Source of the DNA: Candidatus Bipolaricaulota bacterium
GTDB taxonomy: Bacteria > Bipolaricaulota > Bipolaricaulia > RBG-16-55-9 > DRXL01
DNA length: 53,002 nucleotides
Direction of reading: 5' to 3'
NCBI GenBank assembly: GCA_030550495.1
Contig: JAUQPG010000005.1
Coordinates: 14,520-67,521, forward strand
The notes below the pieces were generated by a model that worked only from the letters and a program-made list of their open reading frames with translations, was not told the DNA's origin and searched no databases. A program made the position numbers and the translations under genes. This document shows, in pieces, positions 10,964 through 20,552 of this stretch (its first letter is position 1; the number at the start of each line of letters is the position of its first letter).

Positions 10964-11277
10964 TGCAGAAGATTCGCAAGGGTGACATGGTGAGGGTGAT
11001 CGCGGGCAACGACCGCGGCAAGGAGGGCGAGGTCTTGCAGGTCCTCCCCAAAGAGCGTAGAATCATTGTGAAGGGTGTGCGCATGATCACGCGCCACCTC
11101 CGGCCCTCAGCGAAGCATCGAGAGGGCGGGATCGTGCAGCAAGAGGGCCCGATCGATCTCAGCAATGTCTTATTGATCTGCCCAGAATGTGATCGCCCAA
11201 CTCGTGTTGGGTTCGTCATCACAGAAACTGGGGAGAAACTCCGTCAGTGCAAGCAGTGTAAGAAGACCTTCGATTAG
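10963..11277 (+). CDS. rplX: 50S ribosomal protein L24
   Basis: KGDMVRVIAGNDRGKEG; two CxxC motifs in the C-terminal half. Confidence 0.97.
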   Translation: MQKIRKGDMVRVIAGNDRGKEGEVLQVLPKERRIIVKGVRMITRHLRPSAKHREGGIVQQEGPIDLSNVLLICPECDRPTRVGFVITETGEKLRQCKQCKKTFD

Positions 11278-11292
11278 TATGGTGACTGGAGT

Positions 11293-11829
11293 ATGATGTT
11301 ATACGAACGCTATCGCACGGAGATCGTGCCTCACCTAATGAAGGAACTGAATTATAAGAATATTATGCAAGTGCCCAAGATCGAGAAGATCGTGATTAAC
11401 ATGGGTATCAAAGAAGCCAAGGATGACCCTAAGAAGCTTGAGGGGTGTGTGCGTGATCTGATGATGATCACGGGGCAGCGTCCTGTCGTCACCCGGGCGA
11501 AGAAGAGCATCTCCGACTTTGGGATCACCAAGGGCGACCCAGTGGGGTGTATGGTGACGTTGCGGGGGAAGCGAGCCTATGCGTTCTTTGAGAAGCTCGT
11601 GAGAGTTGTGCTCCCGGCGATCCGTGATTTCCGCGGGGTGAGCGCGGACTCGTTCGACGGGCGCGGGAATTTCTCACTTGGCCTGAGCGATCAACTGGTC
11701 TTCCCCGAGATCAAGTACGATCAGATCGCCAAGGTCCAGGGTATGGATATCTGTATCGTGACGACAGCGAAGACCGACCGAGAAGGATACTATCTCCTGA
11801 AAGCCTTAGGAATGCCCTTTAGAGATTAG
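11293..11829 (+). CDS. rplE: 50S ribosomal protein L5
   Basis: [26 protein letters not shown]. Confidence 0.98.
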   Translation: MMLYERYRTEIVPHLMKELNYKNIMQVPKIEKIVINMGIKEAKDDPKKLEGCVRDLMMITGQRPVVTRAKKSISDFGITKGDPVGCMVTLRGKRAYAFFEKLVRVVLPAIRDFRGVSADSFDGRGNFSLGLSDQLVFPEIKYDQIAKVQGMDICIVTTAKTDREGYYLLKALGMPFRD

Positions 11830-11844
11830 TAAGGAGGCTATTAC

Positions 11845-12030
11845 ATGGGAAAGACTGCGTGGATAGCGAAGGTAGCGCGACCCCCGAAGTTCTCGGCGCG
11901 CTTGGTGCGGCGCTGCAGCATCTGTGGGCGTCGTCGCGGGTTTATTCGGGATTTTGGGCTCTGTCGCTTGTGTTTCCGCGCCAAGGCGCATCGGGGCGAG
12001 CTGCCCGGAGTCCGCAAGGCTACATGGTGA
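11845..12030 (+). CDS. rpsN: 30S ribosomal protein S14, zinc-binding (type Z)
   Basis: 61 aa: RCSICGR...GLCRLCFR...[11 protein letters not shown]. Confidence 0.97.
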   Translation: MGKTAWIAKVARPPKFSARLVRRCSICGRRRGFIRDFGLCRLCFRAKAHRGELPGVRKATW

Positions 12031-12039
12031 GGGGATCCT

Positions 12040-12432
12040 ATGGATACGATTGCTGATATGCTGACAGCTATTCGGAACGCGAATGCACGCGCGTTGCGTG
12101 AAGTGCGCGTGCCGCATTCGAATATCAAGGCGGAGATTGCCCGAATCTTAAAAGAAGAGGGATTCATCGAAGATTATCGTGTTGAGGGCGAGAAGAAGCG
12201 CGATCTAGTCATCATAATGAAATACAAAGGGAAGCGCGGCAAAGACCCTGTCATCGAGGGGCTTGAGCGGGTGTCCAAGCCGGGTCGGCGCATTTATGTA
12301 GGGGTTGATGAAATCCCCCGGGTGCGCAGCGGCTTGGGGATAGCTATCCTGAGTACCCCTCTTGGGGTCTTGACCGGCAAACAAGCGCGCCAAAAGCGCG
12401 TGGGTGGAGAACTTCTGTGCAAGGTGTGGTAG
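12040..12432 (+). CDS. rpsH: 30S ribosomal protein S8
   Basis: IADMLTAIRNA, RVSKPGRRIY, GGELLCKVW. Confidence 0.98.
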   Translation: MDTIADMLTAIRNANARALREVRVPHSNIKAEIARILKEEGFIEDYRVEGEKKRDLVIIMKYKGKRGKDPVIEGLERVSKPGRRIYVGVDEIPRVRSGLGIAILSTPLGVLTGKQARQKRVGGELLCKVW

Positions 12433-12435
12433 GCT

Positions 12436-13002
12436 ATGTCTAGAATTGGTAAGCAGCCCATTCCCGTTCCCAAAGACGTCAAGGTGACGATCGAGGCCGA
12501 TCGCGTCATTGTCGAGGGCAAGGCGGGCAAGCTCGTGCAGCGCTATGAGCCTGAGTATGTGAGCGTGCAGATGACCGATGGCACTCTTGTTGTCACGCGT
12601 AAGGGCGACGAGAAAGAATTCAAGGCGCGGCACGGCTTGTATCGGGCACTTTTTGCGAACATGGTGAAAGGGGTCCAGCAGCCCTATACGAAGGTCCTGC
12701 AGCTGGTGGGGTTGGGGTATCGTGCCAAGCTCCAAGGGAAGGAGTTAGTCTTGGAGATCGGCTTTCACGATCCAGTAATCTATAAACTCCCGGACAACGT
12801 CAAGGCTGAAGTGAAAGACCAGACTGAGATCATCCTCACTAGCCCGGATAAACAGTTAGTAGGACAAGTTGCGGCGGAGATTCGCAGCCTGCGCAAGCCC
12901 GAGCCGTACAAGGGCACGGGTATTCGCTACAAAGATGAACAAATCCGGCGCAAGGAAGGGAAGCTTGCTGGTGGCGGCGCGGGCGGGGCGAAGGCCGGGT
13001 GA
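12436..13002 (+). CDS. rplF: 50S ribosomal protein L6
   Basis: [20 protein letters not shown]. Confidence 0.98.
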   Translation: MSRIGKQPIPVPKDVKVTIEADRVIVEGKAGKLVQRYEPEYVSVQMTDGTLVVTRKGDEKEFKARHGLYRALFANMVKGVQQPYTKVLQLVGLGYRAKLQGKELVLEIGFHDPVIYKLPDNVKAEVKDQTEIILTSPDKQLVGQVAAEIRSLRKPEPYKGTGIRYKDEQIRRKEGKLAGGGAGGAKAG

Positions 13003-13010
13003 CACATTCT

Positions 13011-13370
13011 ATGATTAGGGTAGTCAGTCGTAATGAGCGACGGCAGCGGCGGCATCAACGGATCCGTAAGAAGATCTTTGGGACGCCGCAGCGTCCGCGC
13101 TTGTGCGTCTATAAGAGCTTAAAGCATCTCTACGCTCAAGTGATCGATGATACGGTCGGGCGGACTCTAGTCGCGGCAAGCACTCTCGAGAGAGAATTAA
13201 ATCTCAAAGGCGGGACGATCAAGTCTGCCGAGGCCTTAGGGAAGATATTAGCTGAACGTGCGTTAGCAAAAGGCATCACGACTGTGGTCTTCGACCGTGC
13301 TGGCTATCCGTACCATGGGGTCATCAAAGCGTTTGCAGAAGCCAGTCGCAAAGCCGGACTGAACTTCTAA
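13011..13370 (+). CDS. rplR: 50S ribosomal protein L18
   Basis: [21 protein letters not shown]; exact start uncertain. Confidence 0.97.
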   Translation: MIRVVSRNERRQRRHQRIRKKIFGTPQRPRLCVYKSLKHLYAQVIDDTVGRTLVAASTLERELNLKGGTIKSAEALGKILAERALAKGITTVVFDRAGYPYHGVIKAFAEASRKAGLNF

Positions 13371-13383
13371 GGGAGGAAGAGAT

Positions 13384-13896
13384 ATGGCGCGAGCGCGTGG
13401 TGGTGAGCGTCGAGCTGAAGAGTTCGAGAACGAAGTGATCGATCTGCGACGCGTAGCCAAGGTGACCAAGGGCGGAAAGAACTTGAGCTTTCGCGCTGTG
13501 GTGGTCATCGGCGATGGGAAGGGGCAGATCGGCTTAGGCAAGGGGAACACCCGTGAGGTCCCCTCGGCGATCCAGCAAGCGATCCGCGACGCCAAGCGCA
13601 ATATCATTCAGATCCCGCTTGTGGAGGACCGCACGATCCCTCATGAGATCTGGGGAGAGTTTAAAGCGTCGCGGGTCCTGCTCAAGCCGGCCTTCCCCGG
13701 TACTGGGGTCATCGCGGGCGGGACGGTCGGGGCGATCTGTCGGCTTGCCGGTATCAAAGATATTCTGACGAAAGCTCAAGGGTCTACGAACCCGTTAACG
13801 TTGGCAAAGGCGACTCTTGACGGGCTGCGACGCCTCAAGACGCTTGAGGAAGTAGCGCGACTCCGCGATAAGAAGCCCGAGGAGGTCTTGCAATGA
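13384..13896 (+). CDS. rpsE: 30S ribosomal protein S5
   Basis: [18 protein letters not shown]. Confidence 0.98.
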   Translation: MARARGGERRAEEFENEVIDLRRVAKVTKGGKNLSFRAVVVIGDGKGQIGLGKGNTREVPSAIQQAIRDAKRNIIQIPLVEDRTIPHEIWGEFKASRVLLKPAFPGTGVIAGGTVGAICRLAGIKDILTKAQGSTNPLTLAKATLDGLRRLKTLEEVARLRDKKPEEVLQ

Positions 13897-14396
13897 AGCT
13901 CAGTGATCTGCGTCCTACACCGGGGAGCATGAAGAAGCCCAAGCGTGTCGGCCGGGGAAACGCTTCAGGTCATGGGACGTACTCGACTCGTGGGGGCAAG
14001 GGGCAGACGGCTCGGTCGGGGTACCGGATGCCGCCGGCGTTCGAAGGCGGTCAAACTCCGTTGTGGAAGCGCGTGCCCAAGCGCGGGTTCAAGAATATTT
14101 TGCGAAAGAGCTACGCTTACGTGAACGTCGGCCAACTGAATGAGATCTTCCCCGATGGCGCAGAGATCACCCCGAAGGTTCTCAAAGAGCATGGGCTCAT
14201 TAAAAAATATAGAAACGGCGTGAAGATTCTCGGCGATGGCCCGCTTTCCAAGAGACTGATCGTAAAAGCTCATAAATTCAGCAAGAGCGCTAAAGAGAAG
14301 ATCACGGCTGCTGGGGGCCAGGCGATCGCTTTGCTCCCCCAGGAGCAGTCCGAAGAAGCTCCCACAGAGACCCCAAAGAAGGCGTCAGGGAAGTGA
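13893..14396 (+). CDS. rplO: 50S ribosomal protein L15
   Basis: [27 protein letters not shown]; overlaps rpsE by ATGA. Confidence 0.98.
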   Translation: MKLSDLRPTPGSMKKPKRVGRGNASGHGTYSTRGGKGQTARSGYRMPPAFEGGQTPLWKRVPKRGFKNILRKSYAYVNVGQLNEIFPDGAEITPKVLKEHGLIKKYRNGVKILGDGPLSKRLIVKAHKFSKSAKEKITAAGGQAIALLPQEQSEEAPTETPKKASGK

Positions 14397-14406
14397 CCAG
14401 TAAGCT

Positions 14407-16086
14407 ATGACTGAAGGGTTATTTGAGGCATTTCGGATCCCAGAAGTCCGGAAGCGCATTCTCTTTACGCTTGGGGTCATTATAGTCTTTCGGTTGGGGG
14501 CATGGATCCCCGTGCCCGGCGTCGATCCCAATCAGATCAAGCTCTTCATTCAGCAGTTAGGGCAGCTAGGGCAGTTCTTGAGCGCGTTCACAGGAGGGGC
14601 GCTTGAGCGCTTCTCGATCTTCGCTTTGGGGGTTATCCCGTACATTAACGCGTCGATTATCTTAAGCTTATTAGTCGCGGTCATTCCTAAACTGAAAGAG
14701 CTCCAGGACCAAGGGGAAGAGGGGCGACGCGTTATTAACAAGATCACGCGCTACGCGACAGTAGGTCTTGCGTTCATTCAAGCCGCTGGGACGAGCTATC
14801 TCATCTATAATCAAGGGTTAGTTCAGCCCACTCAGAGCTTTGTGGGCTTCATGTTCATCGCGATCGTCACGCTCACCACAGGGACGATGTTTTTGATGTG
14901 GCTAGGGGAGCGCCTCACGGAAAACGGCATTGGCCGTGGAATCTCAATGTTGATCATGATCGGGATCTTAGCAGATTATCCGCGCTACTTTGCCACGATC
15001 TGGGGCGAAGTGACAAGCAATCCCAACCCCATGAACGCTCTCTGGTTGCCGTTGCTCCTTGCGATCTATGTCATAGTCACAGCAGTCATCGTGATGGTCC
15101 AGCTTGGGGCACGGCGCATTGATATTCAGTACGCTAAGCGCATGGTCAAAGGGCGCGTCTATGGAGGGCATAGTACTTTCTTGCCCCTCCAAGTAAATCA
15201 GGGCGGCGTCATCCCCATTATCTTCGCGGTTGCGCTGCTTGCTATCCCCCAGACGATCTTTCAGTTTCTTGATCAGAACAACGTGATTACGAATATGATG
15301 GCCGAGCGGCGCATCGTGTTGGAGATCTCCGGGGAGAGCCAACCAGGGGATCTCTTCGTCAAAGTTGACGGCCACCTCGTGCAGATCTCTCTCGCTGAAA
15401 AACAGACCAGTGAACAAGTCGCTCAGGCTATCGCTGAGGTGCTCAATCGCCGTCAAGCCGGTTCTGCTGAGACACACAGCAGCCGTGTTATTATCCCCGT
15501 TGAACCCGACAGAGCCCCTGATAACCCCAAGACGATATCGATTGGGGAGACCCCTGACAATCTCATAGCACTCAATGGAATCGGTCAGAGCGCTATGGTG
15601 CGCGGCATTACGTTTGTGCGGGCTTCGGCTCGCGATTGGATGAACGTTGTCGGCGATTTTTTGAACTGGCTCTCTACGGATCTATCGCGCGGGCACGCGC
15701 TCTATATGATCTTGAGCGCGTTGCTGATCTTCTTCTTTACGTACTTTTACAGCGCGATTGTCTTTAATCCGCGCGATCTGGCGGAGAACTTACGGAAGTG
15801 GGGCGGCTTCGTGCCTGGGATTCGTCCGGGCAAGCCCACGGCAGATTTCATTGAATCTGTGCAGAGCCGCCTGCTCTTCATTGGGGCGCTCTTCTTGATT
15901 GTCATTGCCCTGCTTCCTATGATCATAACTAATGCGAGCGGGCTCACGACGTTCTTCTTGGGAGGCACGTCGTTGCTCATCGTCGTGGGCGTCGGCGTCG
16001 ACACGATCAAGCAGATTGAGGCGCACTTGGTGGAGCGCCGCTACGAGAGCTTGATCGCCAAGGGCGGCCTGGGGCGGCGGATCTGA
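14407..16086 (+). CDS. secY: Preprotein translocase SecY with a ~120-aa insertion
   Basis: SIFALGVIPYINASII, WLGERLTENGIG, GVIPIIFA, PGIRPGKPT, GGTSLLIVVGV; 559 aa. Confidence 0.98.
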   Translation: MTEGLFEAFRIPEVRKRILFTLGVIIVFRLGAWIPVPGVDPNQIKLFIQQLGQLGQFLSAFTGGALERFSIFALGVIPYINASIILSLLVAVIPKLKELQDQGEEGRRVINKITRYATVGLAFIQAAGTSYLIYNQGLVQPTQSFVGFMFIAIVTLTTGTMFLMWLGERLTENGIGRGISMLIMIGILADYPRYFATIWGEVTSNPNPMNALWLPLLLAIYVIVTAVIVMVQLGARRIDIQYAKRMVKGRVYGGHSTFLPLQVNQGGVIPIIFAVALLAIPQTIFQFLDQNNVITNMMAERRIVLEISGESQPGDLFVKVDGHLVQISLAEKQTSEQVAQAIAEVLNRRQAGSAETHSSRVIIPVEPDRAPDNPKTISIGETPDNLIALNGIGQSAMVRGITFVRASARDWMNVVGDFLNWLSTDLSRGHALYMILSALLIFFFTYFYSAIVFNPRDLAENLRKWGGFVPGIRPGKPTADFIESVQSRLLFIGALFLIVIALLPMIITNASGLTTFFLGGTSLLIVVGVGVDTIKQIEAHLVERRYESLIAKGGLGRRI

Positions 16087-16089
16087 GCT

Positions 16090-16719
16090 ATGACTGCACG
16101 ACGGATCGTACTTTTGGGACCCCCAGGATCAGGAAAGGGCACCCAAGCTGTGCGGCTGGCAGCGTGGTTGGGTGTCCCCCATATCTCTACGGGCGATCTG
16201 TTGCGCAACGAAGTCCAGAATCGTACAGAATTAGGGCTACAAGCGCAGAGCTTTATGGATCGTGGTGAGCTCGTTCCAGATCAGCTCGTCGCGGAGATGA
16301 TCCGCCAGCGCATCAAAGGTGCGACGGGCTTTGTACTGGACGGCTTCCCTCGAAATATCAAGCAAGCTGAGATTTTAGAGACCGTGACGACCGTCGAGCG
16401 GGCCTTGCACTTTCAGCTCAATCGGGAGGAGATCATTCGGCGGCTCAGCGCTCGCAGAGTCTGTCCGCAATGCGGGGCTGTGTATAATCTGATCTCGAGC
16501 CCGCCTCAGCACAATAGTTTGTGTGATAAGTGCAAGATAGCGTTAGTGCAGCGCTCGGATGATACTCCAGAAGTCATTCAAAGACGGATTGATGTGCAGT
16601 ATGCACGTGAGATCAGGCCGATACTCGAGTTCTACAGAAAGCGCAATGTGTTGCGGGAGATCGACGCTCAGGGCGATATAGAATCCGTCTATCGAGCAGC
16701 TCAACAAGCGTTGGAGTAA
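16090..16719 (+). CDS. adk: Adenylate kinase with zinc-lid
   Basis: GPPGSGKGTQA, HISTGDLLR, LDGFPR, CPQC...CDKC. Confidence 0.98.
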   Translation: MTARRIVLLGPPGSGKGTQAVRLAAWLGVPHISTGDLLRNEVQNRTELGLQAQSFMDRGELVPDQLVAEMIRQRIKGATGFVLDGFPRNIKQAEILETVTTVERALHFQLNREEIIRRLSARRVCPQCGAVYNLISSPPQHNSLCDKCKIALVQRSDDTPEVIQRRIDVQYAREIRPILEFYRKRNVLREIDAQGDIESVYRAAQQALE

Positions 16720-16722
16720 TCT

Positions 16723-17532
16723 ATGGCGATGAAGCTCAAGAGCCCAGCAGAGATCGAGATCTTACGGGAGAACGCCCAGCTTTTGCAAGAGATCTTGCAG
16801 CGCTTAGTAGAAGAAGCGCGGGCGGGCGTCTCTACTCTCTCCTTGGACACTCTTGCTGGGCGCCTCATCGCTGAAGTTGGGGGTCGCCCGGCTTTTAAGG
16901 GCTATCGTGTAGGAAGATATGTTTATCCTGCAAATATTTGCACGTCGCTCAACGCCGAGGTAGTCCATGGCATCCCCCGTGCTGATCGGATCCTCCAGCC
17001 CGGAGATGTGCTCTCTATCGATATTGGCATGATCCGGCAAGGGTTTTGTGCAGACCTGGCAACAACGGTTATAATAGAAGATGCCCCGCGATCGAGTGAG
17101 GATCTCTTGGTGGTGCAGACGGCTCAGGAAGCCCTGTGGGAGGGTATCCGTGCTGCACGCCATCTTGCGCGCGTGGGTGATATCGCCTATGCTATTCAGC
17201 ACTATGTGAATAGTCGTGGGCTGTCGATTGTCACGAATTTTGTGGGCCATGGGATCGGGCGCCAGATGCATGAGGAGCCCCAAGTGCCCAATTACGGTTC
17301 TCCGGGGCAAGGGCCCTTGCTCCGCGATGGATTAGTGATTTGTATTGAGCCCATGGTCGCTAACAGCGGGAGAGATCTCATTGAAGTCGAAGTCCAAGAC
17401 GATAATTGGACAGCAGTGGCCCCAGGAGCGACTGCGGCGGCTCACTTTGAAGCGATGGTGAGGATTCGCGCGTCAGAGGAGTTGCCGGAGCTCTTAGGAT
17501 GTGGGGCCTTGGAGCGCGTGCCCTCGAGGTGA
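16723..17532 (+). CDS. map: Methionine aminopeptidase type I
   Basis: CTSLNAEVVHGIP, GHGIGRQMHEEP, IEPM, AHFE. Confidence 0.97.
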   Translation: MAMKLKSPAEIEILRENAQLLQEILQRLVEEARAGVSTLSLDTLAGRLIAEVGGRPAFKGYRVGRYVYPANICTSLNAEVVHGIPRADRILQPGDVLSIDIGMIRQGFCADLATTVIIEDAPRSSEDLLVVQTAQEALWEGIRAARHLARVGDIAYAIQHYVNSRGLSIVTNFVGHGIGRQMHEEPQVPNYGSPGQGPLLRDGLVICIEPMVANSGRDLIEVEVQDDNWTAVAPGATAAAHFEAMVRIRASEELPELLGCGALERVPSR

Positions 17533-17539
17533 TTGGCTT

Positions 17540-17755
17540 ATTGGCAAGGGAGAGTTTATCAAGCGTCGTGGTGAGGTGATTGAGGCCTACCCGGGTTCGA
17601 TGTTCCGTGTGCGATTCGAAGACGGCACGGAAGCATTCTGTCACATCTCCGGGCGGATTCGCAAGAATTATATCAAGATCCTCCCCGGAGATAAGGTGCT
17701 TGTGGAGTTTTCGCCCTATGACCTCAGCCATGGAAGGATTATCTATCGCGAGTGA
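17540..17755 (+). CDS. infA: Translation initiation factor IF-1 (probable ATT start)
   Basis: [44 protein letters not shown] lies 8 nt before an in-frame ATT, giving 71 aa. Confidence 0.95.
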   Translation: MGKGEFIKRRGEVIEAYPGSMFRVRFEDGTEAFCHISGRIRKNYIKILPGDKVLVEFSPYDLSHGRIIYRE

Positions 17756-17765
17756 AGGTGATCCT

Positions 17766-17882
17766 ATGAAAGTGCGGAGCTCTGTCAGGAAGATCTGTGA
17801 TGCGTGTAAGATTGTGCGGCGCCACGGGCGTGTGATGGTGATCTGTAAGAACCCCAAGCACAAGCAGCGGCAGGGATGCTAA
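17766..17882 (+). CDS. rpmJ: 50S ribosomal protein L36
   Basis: [38 protein letters not shown]. Confidence 0.98.
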   Translation: MKVRSSVRKICDACKIVRRHGRVMVICKNPKHKQRQGC

Positions 17883-17894
17883 AGGAGGAATTAG

Positions 17895-18263
17895 ATGGCT
17901 CGTATTGCGGGGGTCGATTTGCCAAACAATAAGCGCATCGATATTGCGCTCACGTATATTTATGGGATCGGGCGCCCCTTGGCGCAGCGTATCCTCCAAG
18001 CGACACAGGTCGATATGGGTAAGAAGGTCCGCGATCTCACAGAACAAGAGATCACGGCTCTGCGCAAGGAGATCGAGACCAAGTATCAAGTCGAAGGCGA
18101 TCTGCGCCGCAAAGTGCAGAACGATATCGCTCGCCTGAAACTCATTAAGTGTTATCGAGGGGTGCGCCATACGGTGGGGTTGCCGGTGCGTGGGCAAAAG
18201 ACGCGCAGCAACGCGCGCACGTGGAAGGGTCCGCGCCCGGCCAAGGCCGGCAAGCGCAAGTAA
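17895..18263 (+). CDS. rpsM: 30S ribosomal protein S13
   Basis: [33 protein letters not shown]. Confidence 0.99.
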   Translation: MARIAGVDLPNNKRIDIALTYIYGIGRPLAQRILQATQVDMGKKVRDLTEQEITALRKEIETKYQVEGDLRRKVQNDIARLKLIKCYRGVRHTVGLPVRGQKTRSNARTWKGPRPAKAGKRK

Positions 18264-18278
18264 GGGTGAGGTGAAACG

Positions 18279-18620
18279 ATGGCCCGCAAGGTAGATCGTG
18301 CGCGGCTCCATGTCCACTCGACTTTTAATAATACTATCTTGACCTTGACGGATTTAGATGGGAACGTCTTGGCGTGGGCCAGCCCGGGCACGCGCGGCTT
18401 CACGGGGAGCAAGAAGGGTACCCCCTACGCGGCGCAGCTGGCGTGTGAGTCGCTGCTGGTGAAGATGCGCGAACTTGGCGTGCGTTCCCTGATCGTGACT
18501 ATTAACGGCACCGGTCAGGGACGCAATTCTGTCGTCAATACGCTCAAGAGCTCTGGTATTCGCGTGGAGGACGTCAAGAATGTGACCCCAGTGTCACACA
18601 GTTCTGAACGCAAACGGTGA
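18279..18620 (+). CDS. rpsK: 30S ribosomal protein S11 (divergent C-terminus)
   Basis: STFNNTI, GFTGSKKGTPYAAQ; lies between rpsM and rpsD. Confidence 0.96.
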   Translation: MARKVDRARLHVHSTFNNTILTLTDLDGNVLAWASPGTRGFTGSKKGTPYAAQLACESLLVKMRELGVRSLIVTINGTGQGRNSVVNTLKSSGIRVEDVKNVTPVSHSSERKR

Positions 18621-18626
18621 ATGGCT

Positions 18627-19247
18627 ATGGGACGCTATACAGGACCGAAGTGTCGTTTGTGTCGGCGTGAAGGGGAAAAGCTCTTTCTCAAGGGCGAGAA
18701 GTGTTACACAGAAAAATGCCCCGTAGAGCGACGGCCCTACGCGCCTGGGATGCACCAGCGCAAGTTTGGCAAGCTCAGTCAGTACGGGATTCGTTTGCGC
18801 GAAAAACAGAAAGCGAAGCGCATCTATGGGTTGCGCGAGGAGCAATTTAGAAGATACGTGGAGCGAGCCAAGCGCGTCAAGGGCGTCACCGGCGATTTCT
18901 TGCTCGAGTTGTTAGAGAGGCGCTTAGATAACGTGATCTATCGAGCGGGCTTGGCGGCTTCGCGGGATCAAGCGCGACAGTTAGTCACTCATGGGCATTT
19001 TATGGTCAACGATCGTAGTGTCAATATCCCGTCATTTCTAGTCCGTCCAGGGGACGTTATTACGCTCAAGCCCAATGCCGCGCAGAAGCCTGGGATTAAA
19101 GCTCTACTAGAGACCAAGGGGCGCGGAACTGTCCCGGCGTGGCTGGAGCGTGTGGACGGGCGTATCCACGTGCTAGATCGTCCCAAGGTCGATCAGCTGG
19201 AGCACAAGCTGCAGATGCAGCTCATTGTTGAGTTCTACTCCCGCTAA
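18627..19247 (+). CDS. rpsD: 30S ribosomal protein S4
   Basis: MGRYTGPKCRLCRREG, LERRLDNVIYR, ARQLVTHGH, IVEFYSR. Confidence 0.98.
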   Translation: MGRYTGPKCRLCRREGEKLFLKGEKCYTEKCPVERRPYAPGMHQRKFGKLSQYGIRLREKQKAKRIYGLREEQFRRYVERAKRVKGVTGDFLLELLERRLDNVIYRAGLAASRDQARQLVTHGHFMVNDRSVNIPSFLVRPGDVITLKPNAAQKPGIKALLETKGRGTVPAWLERVDGRIHVLDRPKVDQLEHKLQMQLIVEFYSR

Positions 19248-19265
19248 GTGTGGAGAAAGGGGACT

Positions 19266-20192
19266 ATGCGTGCAGAGCTCGTAAAGCCGAAGATTAAAGT
19301 TGAGGGCTTGACCCCATATCGGGGGGTCTTTGTGGTGGAGCCGTTGGAGCGCGGCTATGGCACAACGGTGGGGAATGCCTTGCGGCGAGTTCTGCTCTCG
19401 TCTATTCCCGGGGCGGCGGTCACGCGCGTGCGCTTTGAGGGCAAATATCACGAATACGATACGATTGAGGGCGTCAAAGAGAGCGTTCTAGAGATTATTC
19501 TCAATCTGAAAGAGATCGCGTTTCGGATCACTGACGGGGAGCCCAAGCACGTCTACGTGCAACACGAAGGTGAGGGAGTAGTCCGAGCTGGGGATTTAGA
19601 GTTGCCCCGGGGCCTGGAAGTGATGAACCCCGACCATGTGATCGCGACGGTCGCTAGCAATGGACGATTAGTTATCGACATGGAAGTGGAGCCGGGAGTG
19701 GGGTATCGTCCGGCGGAGCGCAACAAGAAAGGGGATATGCCCCTGGGGATTATCGCGGTAGATTCGGACTTTTCCCCAGTTAAGCGCGTCAATTTCAAAG
19801 TGGAGCCGACGCGCGTGGGCGAGCGTACCGACTACGATCGTCTGCTCTTAGAAGTTGAGACGAATGGGGGTGTCCGCCCCGACGAAGCGGTGCAGCAGGC
19901 TTCGCAAATTCTTATCAGTCACTTCGAGTTATTCACGTTGCCCTTGGGGGCAGCAGAGCCAGTGCCTGCTGAGCCGGATGAACTCAACAAGCGCTTAGAA
20001 GAGCTCGCGTTTGACAAGCGCGCGTGCAATCTCCTTGAGACCAAAGGGGTCATCACGCTGAAAGACTTATTACAGAAATCCAAAGAGGAGTTGCGAGATA
20101 TTCACGGGTTTGGCGAAAAGACTCTTCAGAAAGTCATTGAGCGTGTCGAAGAGCTTGGGTATCATTTGAAGGAGTCTGTGAAACGGAGTTGA
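19266..20192 (+). CDS. rpoA: RNA polymerase alpha subunit
   Basis: EPLERGYGTTVGNALRRVLLSSIPG, TRVGERTDYDRL. Confidence 0.98.
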   Translation: MRAELVKPKIKVEGLTPYRGVFVVEPLERGYGTTVGNALRRVLLSSIPGAAVTRVRFEGKYHEYDTIEGVKESVLEIILNLKEIAFRITDGEPKHVYVQHEGEGVVRAGDLELPRGLEVMNPDHVIATVASNGRLVIDMEVEPGVGYRPAERNKKGDMPLGIIAVDSDFSPVKRVNFKVEPTRVGERTDYDRLLLEVETNGGVRPDEAVQQASQILISHFELFTLPLGAAEPVPAEPDELNKRLEELAFDKRACNLLETKGVITLKDLLQKSKEELRDIHGFGEKTLQKVIERVEELGYHLKESVKRS

Positions 20193-20198
20193 GGTGCT

Positions 20199-20552
20199 AT
20201 GTGGCATCGGAAGAAATTTCGCAAGCTTAATCGAGCTCCTGCTCATCGGAAGGCGCTCTTAGCGAATATCGTGAAAGAACTGATTGAGCACGGCAAGGTC
20301 GACACGACCGTAGCTCGTGCCAAGGAGAGTGCGCGGTTAGCCGAACGACTCATCACGTGGGCGAAGCGCAACGATCTCCATGCGCGGCGCTTGGCCTTCT
20401 CCGTGCTGCAAGACCCTGATCTCACCGAGAAGCTCTTCACCGAAGTAGCTCCGAAATTCGCAGGGCGTGCTGGGGGCTACACCCGCGTGCTGAAGCTCCC
20501 CCCGCGCCAGGGAGACGGCGCAGACTTGGCTCGGCTGATGTGGGTCAGTTAA
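20199..20552 (+). CDS. rplQ: 50S ribosomal protein L17
   Basis: HRKALLAN, TTVARAKE, GGYTRVLKL, RQGDGA. Confidence 0.98.
   Translation: MWHRKKFRKLNRAPAHRKALLANIVKELIEHGKVDTTVARAKESARLAERLITWAKRNDLHARRLAFSVLQDPDLTEKLFTEVAPKFAGRAGGYTRVLKLPPRQGDGADLARLMWVS

Noticed and set aside
15271-15640. SecY insertion as an intein or intron
   Set aside because: No Cys/Ser-start and His-Asn-end splice motifs, no homing-endonuclease motif, and the frame is uninterrupted.
10963-19247. Many Cys-rich ribosomal proteins (L24, S14, L36, S4) and zinc-lid Adk
   Set aside because: These are known zinc-binding forms, common in thermophiles and deep-branching lineages; not novel.
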